Shown here piece after piece: positions 12,548 through 25,899 of a stretch of 64,000 nt of DNA. The notes below the pieces were generated by a model. It was not told the DNA's origin and did no database searches. It worked only from the letters and a program-made list of their open reading frames with translations. The translations under genes were made by a program, and so were the position numbers. The number at the start of each line of letters is the position of its first letter. Position 1 is the stretch's first letter. The stretch comes from the human T2T-CHM13v2.0 reference genome, Homo sapiens, in NCBI RefSeq assembly GCF_009914755.1, contig NC_060928.1. The stretch is one strand, 5' to 3'.

Positions 12548-15500
12548 TGTATTTTTTCAAATTTCCTAGTAGAGGGCAAGTTTCCTGTCATTGGGGGAAA
12601 ATAGGCAGAGACTGAAAAGGCCTTAGAGAGGTATATACCTCATCTAATATGTGGCCCATAGAATCATTTGTGGACACTTTCAGTACTCCGGAGGCACAAA
12701 CTCTTATAGGTTCTTCACCCGCCAAGTTTCTGCTTGGCAGTTTGTGCCTATGTGCCAAATACTGATGCAAGACAGTTTTGGTATAATGCAAAATTATCAC
12801 ATATTTTTGGCAACTATCCTTTCCACTCTGAGCCCTCCTGCCATCTCTTCTCTGCTCCAGGGATGCTCTTCTCTAGGTCTCACATTCTTCACTGAACTGC
12901 AACCGTAGCCTTGCATAGGGCTAAAAAGCTGATGAAGGCATTAGCTGATTGTGTAATTCCTCCCTCCACCTCTTGTGACAAGAGTGTTAACCCATCTCCC
13001 CCAACATAAGTTTTGTCCTTTTTTAAAGAGCTACCTTCAAGACACAAAGGAATGAAAATAGACAATAGGGAAATGAATCCAAGGCAGGGGTGCAGAAAGG
13101 AAGCTTGATTCTGGTTTGTAGAGACACATTCTACTGGAAAGGCTCTAAAGAACTACTGAGGACAAGAAGATGTGAAGAAGCCACTTTGCTGCTGCCATTA
13201 TCCCCTGCCCTCTGAGGCTGAGGCTGAGGAGCATGGGTTATCCTTGACTGCCCTACCTCCCATCAACTTGGAGTGCTTGAGGGGTCACTTCTCCATACTC
13301 TGGCCTGAATCCCTTCTCCAGCAGGTGAAGGTGAATTACCGCTATCATCTACTATCCCGTTCACTTCATTTTTATGCAGTATACACTTAGAAATGTGGTA
13401 TACCACATGCAAAAATGTTATGAACACCTACAGTGAATAGACAGTTCTTAATTTAACTTAAAGGTATTTCAAGAAGGTTTGTAGCTAATCTTTGACCTCT
13501 TATATATGTTGCTGTATTTTCTCTGTAAGGGTTTGTTTATCTTTGTGTTTTATAGAGTTACATATGAAAATTATTTTATATTCCTTGAGTCCATTATATA
13601 GCTTAATTTTCCCAAGAACATGTTTCACTTTCAAGAAATGTGTGTGTAGAAACTCTGATTCGGCCACTTATCTATTTTGTGAACATTATGGTTGATGATA
13701 TAAGCTCTACAGAATTTTTTTTAATTAAAAAAAAAAAAGATGAAGCCCAGACTGCTCCATGCATGTCTTTGATATTTTTTGTTTGAAGAAGAAGCTCTGC
13801 AAGACTGAAGCCTCTACTTTGGCCTGTCATAAATAGGAAAAGCTAAACCAACATTGCAGAAATTAGAACTATCATACATTTTCTGCAGACTCTATAATTT
13901 AGTCAACTGACTCTCCCTTTGTGAAGTATGCTGCAACTACAAATCTTTTGGAAACCCATATTATTTGGGTTCCATCCAAACCTTGGATTTGCATCTATCA
14001 TTCACACGCAGAATTTTGTATAGATTTTTGATGTGCCAGTTGTTTTAAGTGCACTTGAAAATGGATTAGAAAAACTTGGCAAGTGAAGGTAAAACTTCAG
14101 CTGCAGCATACAATTCTTATGGAAGTTTCTATTAAGTAGGCACTCTGACCCCAATGGTATGTGATGCAATGGGATTCATACCAATTACTCTGAAAGGCTT
14201 TTTCTCCTTACCTTTATTTTAGTGTCAAATAACCCATCACATCATACTTGATCCTCTGATATTGAAAACATTCATTTTCTGAATAATTGGATGTGGTGGG
14301 TGTAAGAGCAGAAGACTGCTGAAGAACTCCCTTTGTGGACTTAATGAGATACAAAAAAGAAAGTTCAAAGTAATATGTGTGAAAGCAATGGGAATTCATC
14401 GCAATTTTTGATTATACTTCCCTTGAAAAATAACAAGATGAAATGTTTAGTGCATTAGATTTTTAAAGAGCTTTAGTCGTCAGTCAGTCTTCATGTCTGT
14501 GTGTTTAAACTGACAAACCACTGTTCTGTAGCCGGAGGCAACTGGCTGAAATTAATGATATAAAACACAGGTAACTTGACAGGAAGTCATTTTACAAATA
14601 GTGGTTGTGACTTGGAGAAAATTTGAAATTAAGTCTATCATGGAGTAAGGGCCATATTTTGAGAGATATTAGTCTTTGACCATCAATCAAAACACCAGCT
14701 TACAAATAAAATGCATGATTTTACTTTGGTAGCAAAATCTCAAAGGAACCATCGCGTAAAGAATCAATGTCATAGGAGTTGGTCATACTCTCTTAGGAGA
14801 AAAGCCTATGTCAATGGAAGATAAATTAAATTTTCTTTACTATTTGACAGCTTGCTAGTTCAGAAATCTAGAGTTTAGACTTAAGGTTAGCATCCATTTG
14901 CACTTTTGCCAAATATGGTATGTGAGATGACTTTTCAGGGTGTAGCCAGGATCAACCAAAAGTAAAACTCTAAAGAATATACCAATTCTAGCACCTGCAT
15001 GGTTTCTCCTCCTATCATCCTGCAGAGGCACAGGAACCTGAGCATGGGCGGTGTTTCTCTAGGTTGTTCTTGATCATGCTTCAGCCAAGGGATGTAACAA
15101 CATCCTTCAGATCTTCTTGAAGGGCTAATTTGCAGGTAGTGTCATTCTTTCACTTTTAATTCCTTGAGATACGGATAAACAGACTTGACTTACTGCTTCT
15201 GAAAGGTCGCTGATTCTTGCAACAATATCAATTTCTTGTGTTAATTCTATAATCCTCTGTGGTCATCTAATATGCTTTTTATCTAATTTGACACATAATT
15301 CTAAGGTGAAGCTGAACCTCCTCAAATATTGGATCCCTCCCCAAATTAACCATTTGAGGAGAACAACTATGCAACTTCCTTTTTGAGCATTTATGATAAG
15401 ATTTTAATGCTTTTATTTAAGGTCGTAATAAAAGGGGTATGTACATACTTACATGTAAAGATACAGGTATGTTCAGGTTATATGTATAAAAAGGCTAGTT

Positions 15501-16532
15501 AATAATCTACTGCTAGTGGTTTTTAACATTTTAAAATATCCCATTAACATATTTTTTATTTCTCAATAATATTTAATTAAAAGTTCTTACCAATTCTCTA
15601 TCACTACACATAGGATGAAATGGAAACACAGAGCGTGTTTTCTGACCACACTTGTAAATAGAATTATGAGCATAACTTTTTTTGTACTTAAAGTTTGCCC
15701 TAGGCATATACAAGTCAGTTCTTCTAAGCAAGATAGTTTCAGTTAAATGTTGTTATTTGCTTTTGGATAGCCTTTGATCATATGGACAGAAATAAATCAG
15801 GTATAATAAAACACACACAAAGTATTCCAGAAAAAATTGTATTTGTTTTTGACTAATAAGTAAATACAACTATTTTTCTTGGTTTGTATTAGTTTTTAGA
15901 TATTTTTGAAAGAATGGATTCAATCTTTTAAAAATTAAGAGGTAACTGATTTATGAACACAGATTAACAATCATTTTGAGACATTAAAAATACCATCTGT
16001 ACATGAGAAAATTATAATGGTAATCAACAAAATTTCAGTACTTCCCAGAATCTGGTTTTGAAACTTTATTATGTTTTAGGGGAAAAGCTCTCATTTTTCT
16101 GTTTGCTTAGATGAGTTAGATCACTCATTTAAAATCTGAAGAAGTCAAATTATTTTTTATAAAGATCCAGAATAATAGTGTATGTATTTCTAAATAATCT
16201 GAATATGTTTACATTGGTTTTTTTTTTTTAAACCTAGGCTAGGAAGGGATTACCTATTATCTAACAAACATAGTGCAACTGTATAGATAAGGGGCAAACT
16301 TCAAAGATTGGATATTGTTTATTATGTGAAAGATACATAGGTCTGGCTATGATTTGGAAGTCCTAGGTAACTGGTTAGGCTTTTCAGGATTGACAGCAGC
16401 TGTGCAGAAATTTTGTTAAATGCTTATCATTTTAAAAAGCTGTATTCAAAATATTTCTAATTTTCACTATTTTTTAATGTAAATGTTTTTGAGAGTCAAA
16501 GAAGATTCTATACTTTTACTTATGAAGCAGTT

Positions 16533-16852
16533 TGTTGTTGTTTGTTCATTTCTTTTTTTGGTATGGGGTCTTTCTCTGTTGCCCAAGGCCGGAGTATGTA
16601 GTGGTGCAATCACAGCTCGCTGCAGGCTTAAACTCCTGGTCTCAAGCCATTTTTCTACCTCAGCCTTTCTAGTAGCTGGGAGTACAGGCAAATGCTACTG
16701 CCCCAAGCTAATTTATGTTTTATTTTTATTTTTTGTAGAGACAGGGTCTCGCTGTGTTGTGCAGGCTGATCTCTAACTCCTGGGCTCAAGCTATCTCCCC
16801 ACTTTGCCTCCTCAAGTGTTGGGTTTATAGGCGTGAGCTATGGTGCCCAGCC
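16533..16852 (-). mobile_element. AluJ
   Basis: Diverged dimeric Alu with J-type aactcctgggctcaag. Confidence 0.9.
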
Positions 16853-16903
16853 TGAGGCAGTCTTAACGATAATTTGTTTTTTCTGATCAAAATCTACCAA
16901 AAT

Positions 16904-17200
16904 GGCCGGCTGCGCTGGCTCACGCCTGTAATCCCAGTACTTTGAGAGACCGAGGTGGGTGGATCTCTTGAGGTCAGGAGTCCAAGACCAGCCTGGCAAA
17001 CATGGTGAAACCCCGTCTCTACTAAAAATACAAAATAGCCGGGCATGGTGGCATGCACCTGTAATTCCAGCTACTCGGGAGACTGAGGCAGGAGAATTAC
17101 TTGAACCCAGGAGGTGGAGGTTGTAGCAAGCCAAGATCACGCCACTGCATTCCAGCCTGGGCGACAGAGTGAGACTCTGTCTCAAAAAAAAAAAAAAAAA
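16904..17200 (+). mobile_element. AluS, full length
   Basis: ggccggctgcgctggctcacgcctgtaatccc... to poly-A; TSD aaaatctaccaaaa at 16889 and 17201. Confidence 0.95.
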
Positions 17201-17829
17201 AAAATCTACCAAAACAAGAAAAGAGCTTAATGAATGTATTTGAAAAATAGAATAGTGTAGCAGTCCATTTAGAGGATAAGGATATAAAATCAGGGTATTG
17301 CTTTGTGTTCAGGAAACAGAGAAAATAAATGATTTTTCTTTCTTTTTAGACTTTTTCACAGATATTCATTTGTTATGAGGCAGGGGCTATAGCATTAATT
17401 AATAAATAATAACAGCATGGAGCATATTCTTTGGAATGCAGTTCATGGCTTCTTGCCTGGGACAGCAGAACAGCTGTTTCTGCTAAATTACTGGAATGTG
17501 AGAAGCAGTGATGTAAACCCTTCAAAAGCACAGAGAGGGAAGGGCTTTTTTTCTGTCTCTTGAATTCCAATGAAAAGAAGCTTTTATACACAGAGAATTC
17601 AGAGTGCCCTGTACTCTTGGAACATAACATTTCTTCTCCCTTGCATATTCCCATTATTCAGCTAGGTCGTTAGTGTGAGTTGTTTTTAACAGCTTCATGG
17701 GTCTCTAATGATCAAGCTGAGATCAAGTTTGCCAAAATGACTGACCACTTATTCCAGTGATGGATCTAATGTAGTCTCTCACTTTCCACTCTTGTTTCAA
17801 GACAATATGGCTTTAAGTAAGAATTTTCC

Positions 17830-17893
17830 ATATATATAAGTATGTATGTGTATGTGTATGTATATATTATGTGTATATATACACACACACACC

Positions 17894-17950
<57 letters not shown>
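17830..17950. repeat. Compound (TATG/TG)-(CA)n-(TA)n microsatellite
   Basis: Seen directly; CA tract about 17881-17917, TA tract about 17918-17950. Confidence 0.95.
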
Positions 17951-17953
<3 letters not shown>

Positions 17954-19367
17954 AAGGAGCCTTATTTTGGGGTGTCGTGTTCTGAGCCCCGACACTGTCT
18001 TTATAAGGAGATAACTTTCTGAAATATATGCAAGTATTTATGATTCATTGAATGAGATATTTATTACGCATTTATGAAAACCTCTGTACTTCTCTATGTG
18101 TTTGTTAGTTAATTCGTGTTACATATAAATATGCATTAAGTAATCTGAGCCACAGCTTTTGAGGAGCTTGGAATCTAAAGAATCTAAATGGAAAGAGACA
18201 GAGATGAAATTGTTTTAAGAATTAACTATGTTTTAAAATATTAACAATAACGAAAGTAATGCTTAAAGAGCATAACCTTCAGCTTCCCACTTTGAAGCTG
18301 GCAGTCCTAGCATGGCTTTCTTCATCGTCCATTTCCCTCTTTTTAAAACCTTCAGAGCCTTTAAATGTTTCCCCCATTTGGGTAATTTTATATTAATATG
18401 TAAACCTTGACATAAAAATTTGGGGATTCTTTGGTGATTAGGGGTCTAGCAAGTTTGCTTCTACACACAGAGAGAGAGACAGACCCTACCTGGGAAGGGA
18501 AAATAGGGCAAATTATCAATTTGTCCAATTAGTGTTGCTGGACATATGTATTTGATAATACAAATAAATGTCGAGACTAGTATTTCTTAGCAAATTCAGC
18601 CACACAATTCCCATCTTTTATGAAATGCATCCTTTACCAGATTGGAAACTAAGAGGAAAAGCATTACTTCTATTAAAATCAATTCTAGTTTCCCTTCCTA
18701 AAATTGGGCATTACTTATCTACATCATATTTGGTACGCAATTCCAGGATAATCACATTTTCCAACTGGACAGGGCTCTAGTTCAAATGCTTCACCTTTCA
18801 CAGTGACTTAGAATGGTTTAGAGATTTATCCAGTGCCTTGTTCTTGGTGAGTCTAGCATCTTAGTCGCATCCTGTAAGCACTTGATCATTGCCTGCCACT
18901 AGACACTGAGTGTACATGGAATTTTAGGGTATCGTTCATTCATTTACAGCTTACCATAATAGGAAAATTTAGAAAGTAAAACTATAATTGCTACCTATTC
19001 TATTAATCTTGCTGACATTCTAATTCACTTACCTTGAAGAATTTAAGCCAGCAGATTTGGTGTCATAAGAATCATGGACTATTTTTAGCAAAGACTTCAT
19101 ATCACTTTTCATTGACTGGATGATGCAATGATGAGACTTGAAAAATTAGCCAAATTCCCATCATTGTGTTTTATCATCCTGATGGAAGCAATGCTGTTGA
19201 ATTTCAAGAGGTTAGCATAATCAATACAATGAAGTTACAGCAAAAGGGGAGATGTCTCTATTATTGAAGTTTTACAAAAATATTAAATGTTTGGATTGAT
19301 TTTTTTTTTAAATTGCACACACATAACTCTGTGGAGTGTCTAATAGTCAAAAATAGGTTGAGTGTGA

Positions 19368-19516
19368 TCAGGATAAATAGCTAATGCATGTGGGACCTAA
19401 TACCTAGGTGATGAGTTGATAGGTGCAGCCAACTACCAGGGCACATGTTTACGAATGTAACAAACCTACACGTCCTGCACATGTATCCTGGAACTTAAAA
19501 TAAAATAAAATATTTT
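19368..19516 (+). mobile_element. 5'-truncated older L1PA 3' end
   Basis: atagctaatgcatg...taatacctaggtgatg...gtaacaaaccta...gaacttaaaataaa; TSD aaaaataggttgagtgtga / aaaactaggttgagtatga. Confidence 0.9.
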
Positions 19517-19589
19517 AAAACTAGGTTGAGTATGAATGAGAGGGAAAAGAGAAGTGAGCCAGTTCATAATTATAGGCTAAAGATTATAG

Positions 19590-20195
19590 TGAAATCAGAT
19601 CACATCTTACATTTCACATTATTTTTTCTGTACTTAGACATTAAGCCCTCATTTCGTTTCACAAACTCCCCACCAATGATCTAACCCAGCAAGATTCTGT
19701 CCCTGCATGGGCAGCCCCAGCTACCTCAGCCCCGTCTGTGTCCACCTCCCACCCTCCAGTCCATTCCCTTGGCCTCCTCCATCTTTCTCATGCCCATCAT
19801 GCATGCTCTACCCTTGGGTCCTTGGTGCAGAGAGGTCTACTCTGCCTGGAATGCTCTATATAGATATGCTTGTGGCTGACTCTCTGATTCCTTTCAGGTC
19901 CCTGAAGAAATATCATTTCTCAGAGGTATTGTGTCTGACCACAACATCTAAGATAGCACCACCTCTGCCATAAGATAGCACCACCTCTGCTTATCATATG
20001 TTGCCTGTATCTCCACCGGCAACATTTCATCTTCATTTATTTAATCGTTGTTTTCTGTCTTCATGTTCATGCACTACACCATAGGCTGTATGACAGCGGG
20101 GTCTTTGTTTTGTTCATTGCAACATCTACAGCACCTACATCAGTTTCTGACACTTAGTGGATGCTTCATAAATAATTGAGAGATAATCAATGAAT
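19590..20195 (+). mobile_element. L2 LINE 3' region (contains a 22-bp-period duplication at 19949-19990)
   Basis: ctgcctggaatgctct...tttgttttgttcattg...aatgaat tail; taagatagcaccacctctgc occurs twice. Confidence 0.75.
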
Positions 20196-23059
20196 TTTCT
20201 TCACGAGAAGATAATTTTTTTGATTTAATCGTATGTATTTAAAACCCTTTCTGTAGAAGACATGCACAGATTGGGGGAACATATTGCAGAACACATTCTT
20301 ATTGGGGACCCCTCTACACTACAAGAAGATAATTTTGAAAGGCAACAGTGAAGGAAACAGATAAAGTCCCTTTCTTCCTAGGGCTTACAAAATTTGTTTT
20401 GTGTGAAAGGTAGACTTCAATTTAAACCTTCCATTATAGTAATGTTACGCATATTCTAGTTCATTAGCACAGTACATAGGCTCATATTAGGCTTAAAGAG
20501 ACCAAGAAAGAGAATAAAAACCAGAAAAGAATATAGATAAATTCCTTAGTTTGTTAACAGCATGAAATTATATATTTATCAAGAGAGCATGCTCCTCCAT
20601 CACAGAGGCAGGGTTTAATAAAGAATAAAATATGTTAATATTTTACTCTTAAAGATTACTAGTATACTAGACACTCTCTCAGATAGACACAGGTGAGATA
20701 GCCTGTTATTGAAATTTAGGATATTAGATTTATTTTTCCTCATTAAAATTTTTCTCTCTCTAGTTACTTAATTTGTCAATTTGACTGAGAGAAACAAAAA
20801 TTTTTAAAGGATACAAAAATTTTCCTTGATCTACAAAAATAAACACATGAGACACTATTTTGTTTTTTAATCTAGCACTGTCAAGGGAATACTTCTTATA
20901 ACAAACTGTACCTGCCAGAAGTTTTGTAACTAAGCAATAGTCACATGGTCTGTGGCTAGCAGGATAATTGCAAAGTACTTAAGGACAAATCATTCCCTTG
21001 TGTCTTTGTAATGACTGTATAACTTGTTCCTTAAAGACTCCAATGGCATTATGCAAATTTAAATACACTTCTACTTCCCACTTACAAAGAGCATACAATG
21101 AATGCTATATATGAATTATTGTTTGACGCTAGAAGATAACACAATTTAGGTTATTGGTTCTATGCGTTTGTTAGTCACAAAATTTCATGTCCTGTGATAG
21201 TGATGAAAAGTAGAATGTTTTATTTAAATATTTATCTTTCCCATAAAAAATTTTCTTTTAGATAAATAAAAAGAAGTCTGTCTTTACATATTATAACTAC
21301 CTATTCGTGTGAATTTTTTAATATAATATTTCATGGTATTTTTGGCACCTCTCTTTTTGTAGGATACCATTGATTCATTACTCTAGGAGTTTTCTTTTCC
21401 ACTACAATTGTAAAAAAGCTAAAATTCTGAACATGATCATCTTTTTTTTTCTAATTCTTACATCCATAATTCATGTACAAAGTTCTCCTTAATAGTCTTC
21501 TAACTAGTCATATTGATCTTTTCTGCCCCCTGCCCCAATTTTCCTTAAACATAACAGCAGTGTTCTATCTATAGACACCACTCTAAACATGTTGCTGCCC
21601 TTTTGTTTTTAACAAGGTAACATGTACAAAATGGCTACCTTCATACACGATGCCCCTCACCCCACACAATGCACATACTGTGATGTAAAAATTGTGACAG
21701 AGGAAGAAAGGTTGTATATGTGGATTTGGGGAATCTGCCTGGGTGTCCCCATATTCCATTTCTTTTCTATTACTCCCTCCACACACATTTATTTTGAAGT
21801 AGGCCCATCTCCACTAGTATTCTTTACTTTGTCCAAACAAATGTACGTTTCTCTTTGTGCCTTATGGATAAACTCCAAATTCCTGGCACATAATGTTCCT
21901 TCTATTCAAAACCTTGCTAAAAATCAATCTCTTGACACTTTCTAAGGCTTCTCTTCAATCATGCCTTCATTCCTTCAAAATGAATGCAACTCTCTCCATA
22001 TGCAGTTGTAATTAGCTTTGTACATTATGTTTCTTGGCTTCTTGTGAATGGCTAATGAGTACCTCTCTCTTTTTCTCTGTGAAATTTATAAATTTAAATT
22101 GCTAAGGAGATCTGAGGGTGGAGGGGAAGGGGGTCTCACTCTGAGATCAGAAATTGTTTTGTGAAAAAGCAGCTTTTGAGAGATGTAGAGGTATGGGTAG
22201 TATAACTAATGTGGAGGAATGGCTGCTATACCTGATAGCTATGTCACTTTAAGAAGTAGGCAATGATATAAAGGTGAACTTATGTAGATTATGTCACTTT
22301 CACGGGCATTTTAATTTTCTAGTTTATAAAATGTAAAACAGAAACAGCAGGTTAAGTAAATAAATGAAACTGGTTGGGCCCAAGAATTGCTTGCTTTCTT
22401 GGTCATTTTGCACTTTGGCATTCAATAGACAAAGCGTATATGGTACATTTATTTTCCCTCTTTACTATAAGGAAACAACACAAATGCCGTAATACGTGGC
22501 CACGGACACTTGGGACCTGCTATGTGGAAAGCAAATGCCCTGTTTAAAAAGGACCGCTGCAATTTAGTTCTATCTGTTGTCATGTAGGAATGGGAGCACA
22601 ATATTGACAGACTGGAGTTTTCAGAAGAAGTAAGCAGATTTTTATATGAGATCTCCTGACTTCTAAATGTGAATTCTAACAAAACCCAAACCCCAACCAT
22701 GTGGACTGAATGAAACACAACAAAGCCATATCCGGCCCACAGATTGCTGTGATATATGTCCTGAAGATCCTTTCTGTGCCAGAGAACTATGATTTTAAAT
22801 TCCTTGATAACAGAAACCGTGTCTACTCTTTCCTCTTCAACTATATCAACAAAGCATTTTAACTGGAGATCAACAACTGATCATCAGATATTTTTATCAC
22901 ATCAAAACTTTCATTGGATTGAATTTTTGTAGGAAATTTTGACCTATAGAGGTATTTTCAGTGGACAGGGAGCATTGGTAATTCTGAGGACAACTATTTA
23001 TAAGAAAAGGCTCAAATGCTGAACTGTGGAACATAGAAAAGATTTAGTAGCATGCAAAG

Positions 23060-23480
23060 AAAATAGATCGAAGTAGCTGGAGAGAATGGGATCATGTCTG
23101 GGAGTGCAGGACGATGAGTAATCAAGGAAAAGGGAGTTATTCATAATAGTCAGCTCTGCTGACTGGCCTTTTGAAGGAAAAAAATAAAAAATGATTAGTA
23201 TAGGGAAGAAGCAATTTGATTTGGCTTAGAGGAGGTTATTGGAAACCTTGGAAAGGGTGGCTTTTTTCAGTAGTTGGGATGGAAGCCAGACTGGAGAAGG
23301 TTAAAGGGATTAGAGGTGAGAAACTGGGAGATCCAGAGGTATGCTGCTTTTCCAGGAGGTTGGACACAAAGGAAGAAGGGCTGGGGTGAGAGTGGAGGAA
23401 TCCATCTGTTTCAGTGAAGATGGCGTGCTGGATATGGGGAATACCTGTGCATGCTTGAAGTTGGATGGTGATACATCCTC
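23060..23480 (-). mobile_element. L2 internal fragment
   Basis: Purine-rich ttggatttgg-like / ggaagccagactgg motifs typical of antisense L2. Confidence 0.55.
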
Positions 23481-24409
23481 TTCATTGTCCTTGGTATCTT
23501 GGAAAGTAAGTGATTGTCTCCTTTTGACTTGCTTATCTTGCATATGCGAACCCCTCTATGGTGTGTGAATAAACTATTTTGATAGTTTTTGGGTGGGATG
23601 ATTAATAAAGTTATGACTCATTATTTGTGTATATTCAGAAGTTCAGTACCATCGCTAACTCACAGATTACAGAATATACGCTATCTCTCCTGTGTCTGAA
23701 AATCACTCTAGTCTGTAAGCACCTCCAGATCCCAGGAATGAATCCTTAAAGGCAGGTTATGCTTCAATAAAGTTACTGTGGGGTCAGTCTGAGCCAAGAG
23801 TGTTCTGTGATTATTTTTGCTGATTGTTCAGAACCTGATCTCTGCCTGTTTACCTGCAGCCCTTCTACTGAGTTCAGTGTCTGTCTTCTTCCTGGGGCCA
23901 CCATTATTGGAGCGGAACCATATGCTTCTGCCCTGGAGACTGCAGCATTATATCAGGATGCCAAGAGCTAAGGAAGAGCTCATGTCCCCAGGTGTCTTAC
24001 AGCCATTTCCTTTTATCCCTATTGAATGTTATGGCACACTTCCATGTTCACAAATTTAAATATTCCTGCTGGCCTATTGTTTGCAGAAAATTAAACGTAA
24101 CTGCTGATTGGGAAGTATATAAATAAATATAAATAAATAGAAATCTATCTATTTGTTGAAATTTTCTCAAAAACAAAGCTCACATAGAGGAAGGAGACTA
24201 GTGGCTTTATTTAGAAATGGTGATTTTGGATGAAATGATTGATTTTTTTGTTTACAGTACACTATCAGGTTATGTAACATGGTGACATAATTTTGTTTAC
24301 GTTAAAAATAGCAAAATAAGATGGTGTAAAATGTGCATTCCCCTGACTTCACCATTTATTTATTTCAAATATTCTTCTACTCTGGTAAAGCTATTAAAAT
24401 AGGTGACTG

Positions 24410-24990
24410 ATGATAATCCATCAAACAAACATTTATTTAACACACACTGTGGATTTTGCCTTGGTGGCAATGGTAAACAATTTGCACATTTGCTTGTATC
24501 TAGTAGGGGATGTGAGCAATTAAGCAACTGCAATAGAGTGCAGCAAGTGCCATAAAATACTATGAGAGCACAGAGTAGGCAAGCACCTGATCCAGTGGGA
24601 CAGAGGCTTCTCAGAGGTAATGACCTTTGGGATGAGACCTGGGGGAGGTGTAGAAGGTAGCCAAACAAATGTGGTTCTGAACAGAGGGGAAAACAGGTGA
24701 GACTGTCCAGAGGTCAGTCAGAACACAGCAAGTTAGAAAAATGCAGAGAACACTTGTTATCTCTCGTTCATGCAACAAACACACATATTAAGCACCTATG
24801 TTGTGCCAGGCACTGTGCTAGGCACTACGCAAAGGTGACTGTTTCATGATGTTTACTATGCAGTCAGGAAGCTGATACACTAAATAATTGTAGGATGGTA
24901 TATAAGCACTACAATAGAGACATGTTCTAAGGACACAGTGGAACAAAGGAGTAAAAGCCAATTATCTTTGGAGGTATGAAGGAAGGCTGG
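24410..24990 (-). mobile_element. Two adjacent L2 3' fragments
   Basis: caaacatttatttaa... at about 24426 and attaagcacctatgttgtgccaggcactgtgctaggc at about 24788. Confidence 0.7.
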
Positions 24991-25599
24991 AGATTTATTT
25001 TGCAACAACTCAAGTAAAAGAGGCCCTTTTTTGGTTTAGGGGCTTAATTTATAAATTGACCTTGTCCTACTAAGATAACATGTTTGCTTTGAAGCAGGTT
25101 TTGGGATAAGAAACCTAAAATAAATGAGAAGAATGATTTTATCTGAGACAACAAAAAATGCGTATTGTTTCCACAATGAGGAAAAATGATTCACTAACTC
25201 CCGGGTTGCAGGAAAGATACCCCAAAGACCATCTACTTCCATTACATATTGCTGTATGTGAACCCAATATACCCAGTCTCCTCAGGTAGGGGATTGAAGT
25301 ACTCAGTCAACTCAATCATGGTGTATTAATATAAGCTAATATCTTGGAATAACATGTTGCTACGTGTTCTGTTAGTGCAACTCAGCTTCTAAAGACCTGA
25401 TCATATCTGGTGTCAACACAATAGAGTGGATTTAGAAGATAAAAATAAAAAGCTGGATTTAGAGTAACTGAAAAAACTCCAGGCACTTTGAACATATACA
25501 TAAGTGTGGATTATATATTACTTGCTATTAATTCTTAGAAAAATAATATTTTAAGAAAGCAAAATTATTCTAAAGGAAAGACTCATGATAGGAGGATTC

Positions 25600-25899
25600 G
25601 TTTTTTGTTTTTGTTTTTTTTGTTTTGGAAACAGGGCACTCTGTCATCCAGGCTGGAGTCAGTGGCATGATTACAACTCACTACATCCTCTAACTCCTGG
25701 GCTCAAGCAATTCTCCTGCCTCAACCTCCTGAGTAGCTGGAACTATAGGCACACACAACTTCACCCAGCTAATTTTTATTTATTTATTTATTTTTTGTAG
25801 AGATGGGGTCTTGCTGTGTTGCCCATGCTGGTCTAAAGCAATCCTCCCACCTCACCCTCCCAAAGTGCTGGGATTACAGGCGTGAGCCACTGCGCAGCC
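25600..25899 (-). mobile_element. AluJ with a small internal deletion
   Basis: T-rich tail, actcctgggctcaagcaattctcc, ends gagccactgcgcagcc. Confidence 0.9.
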
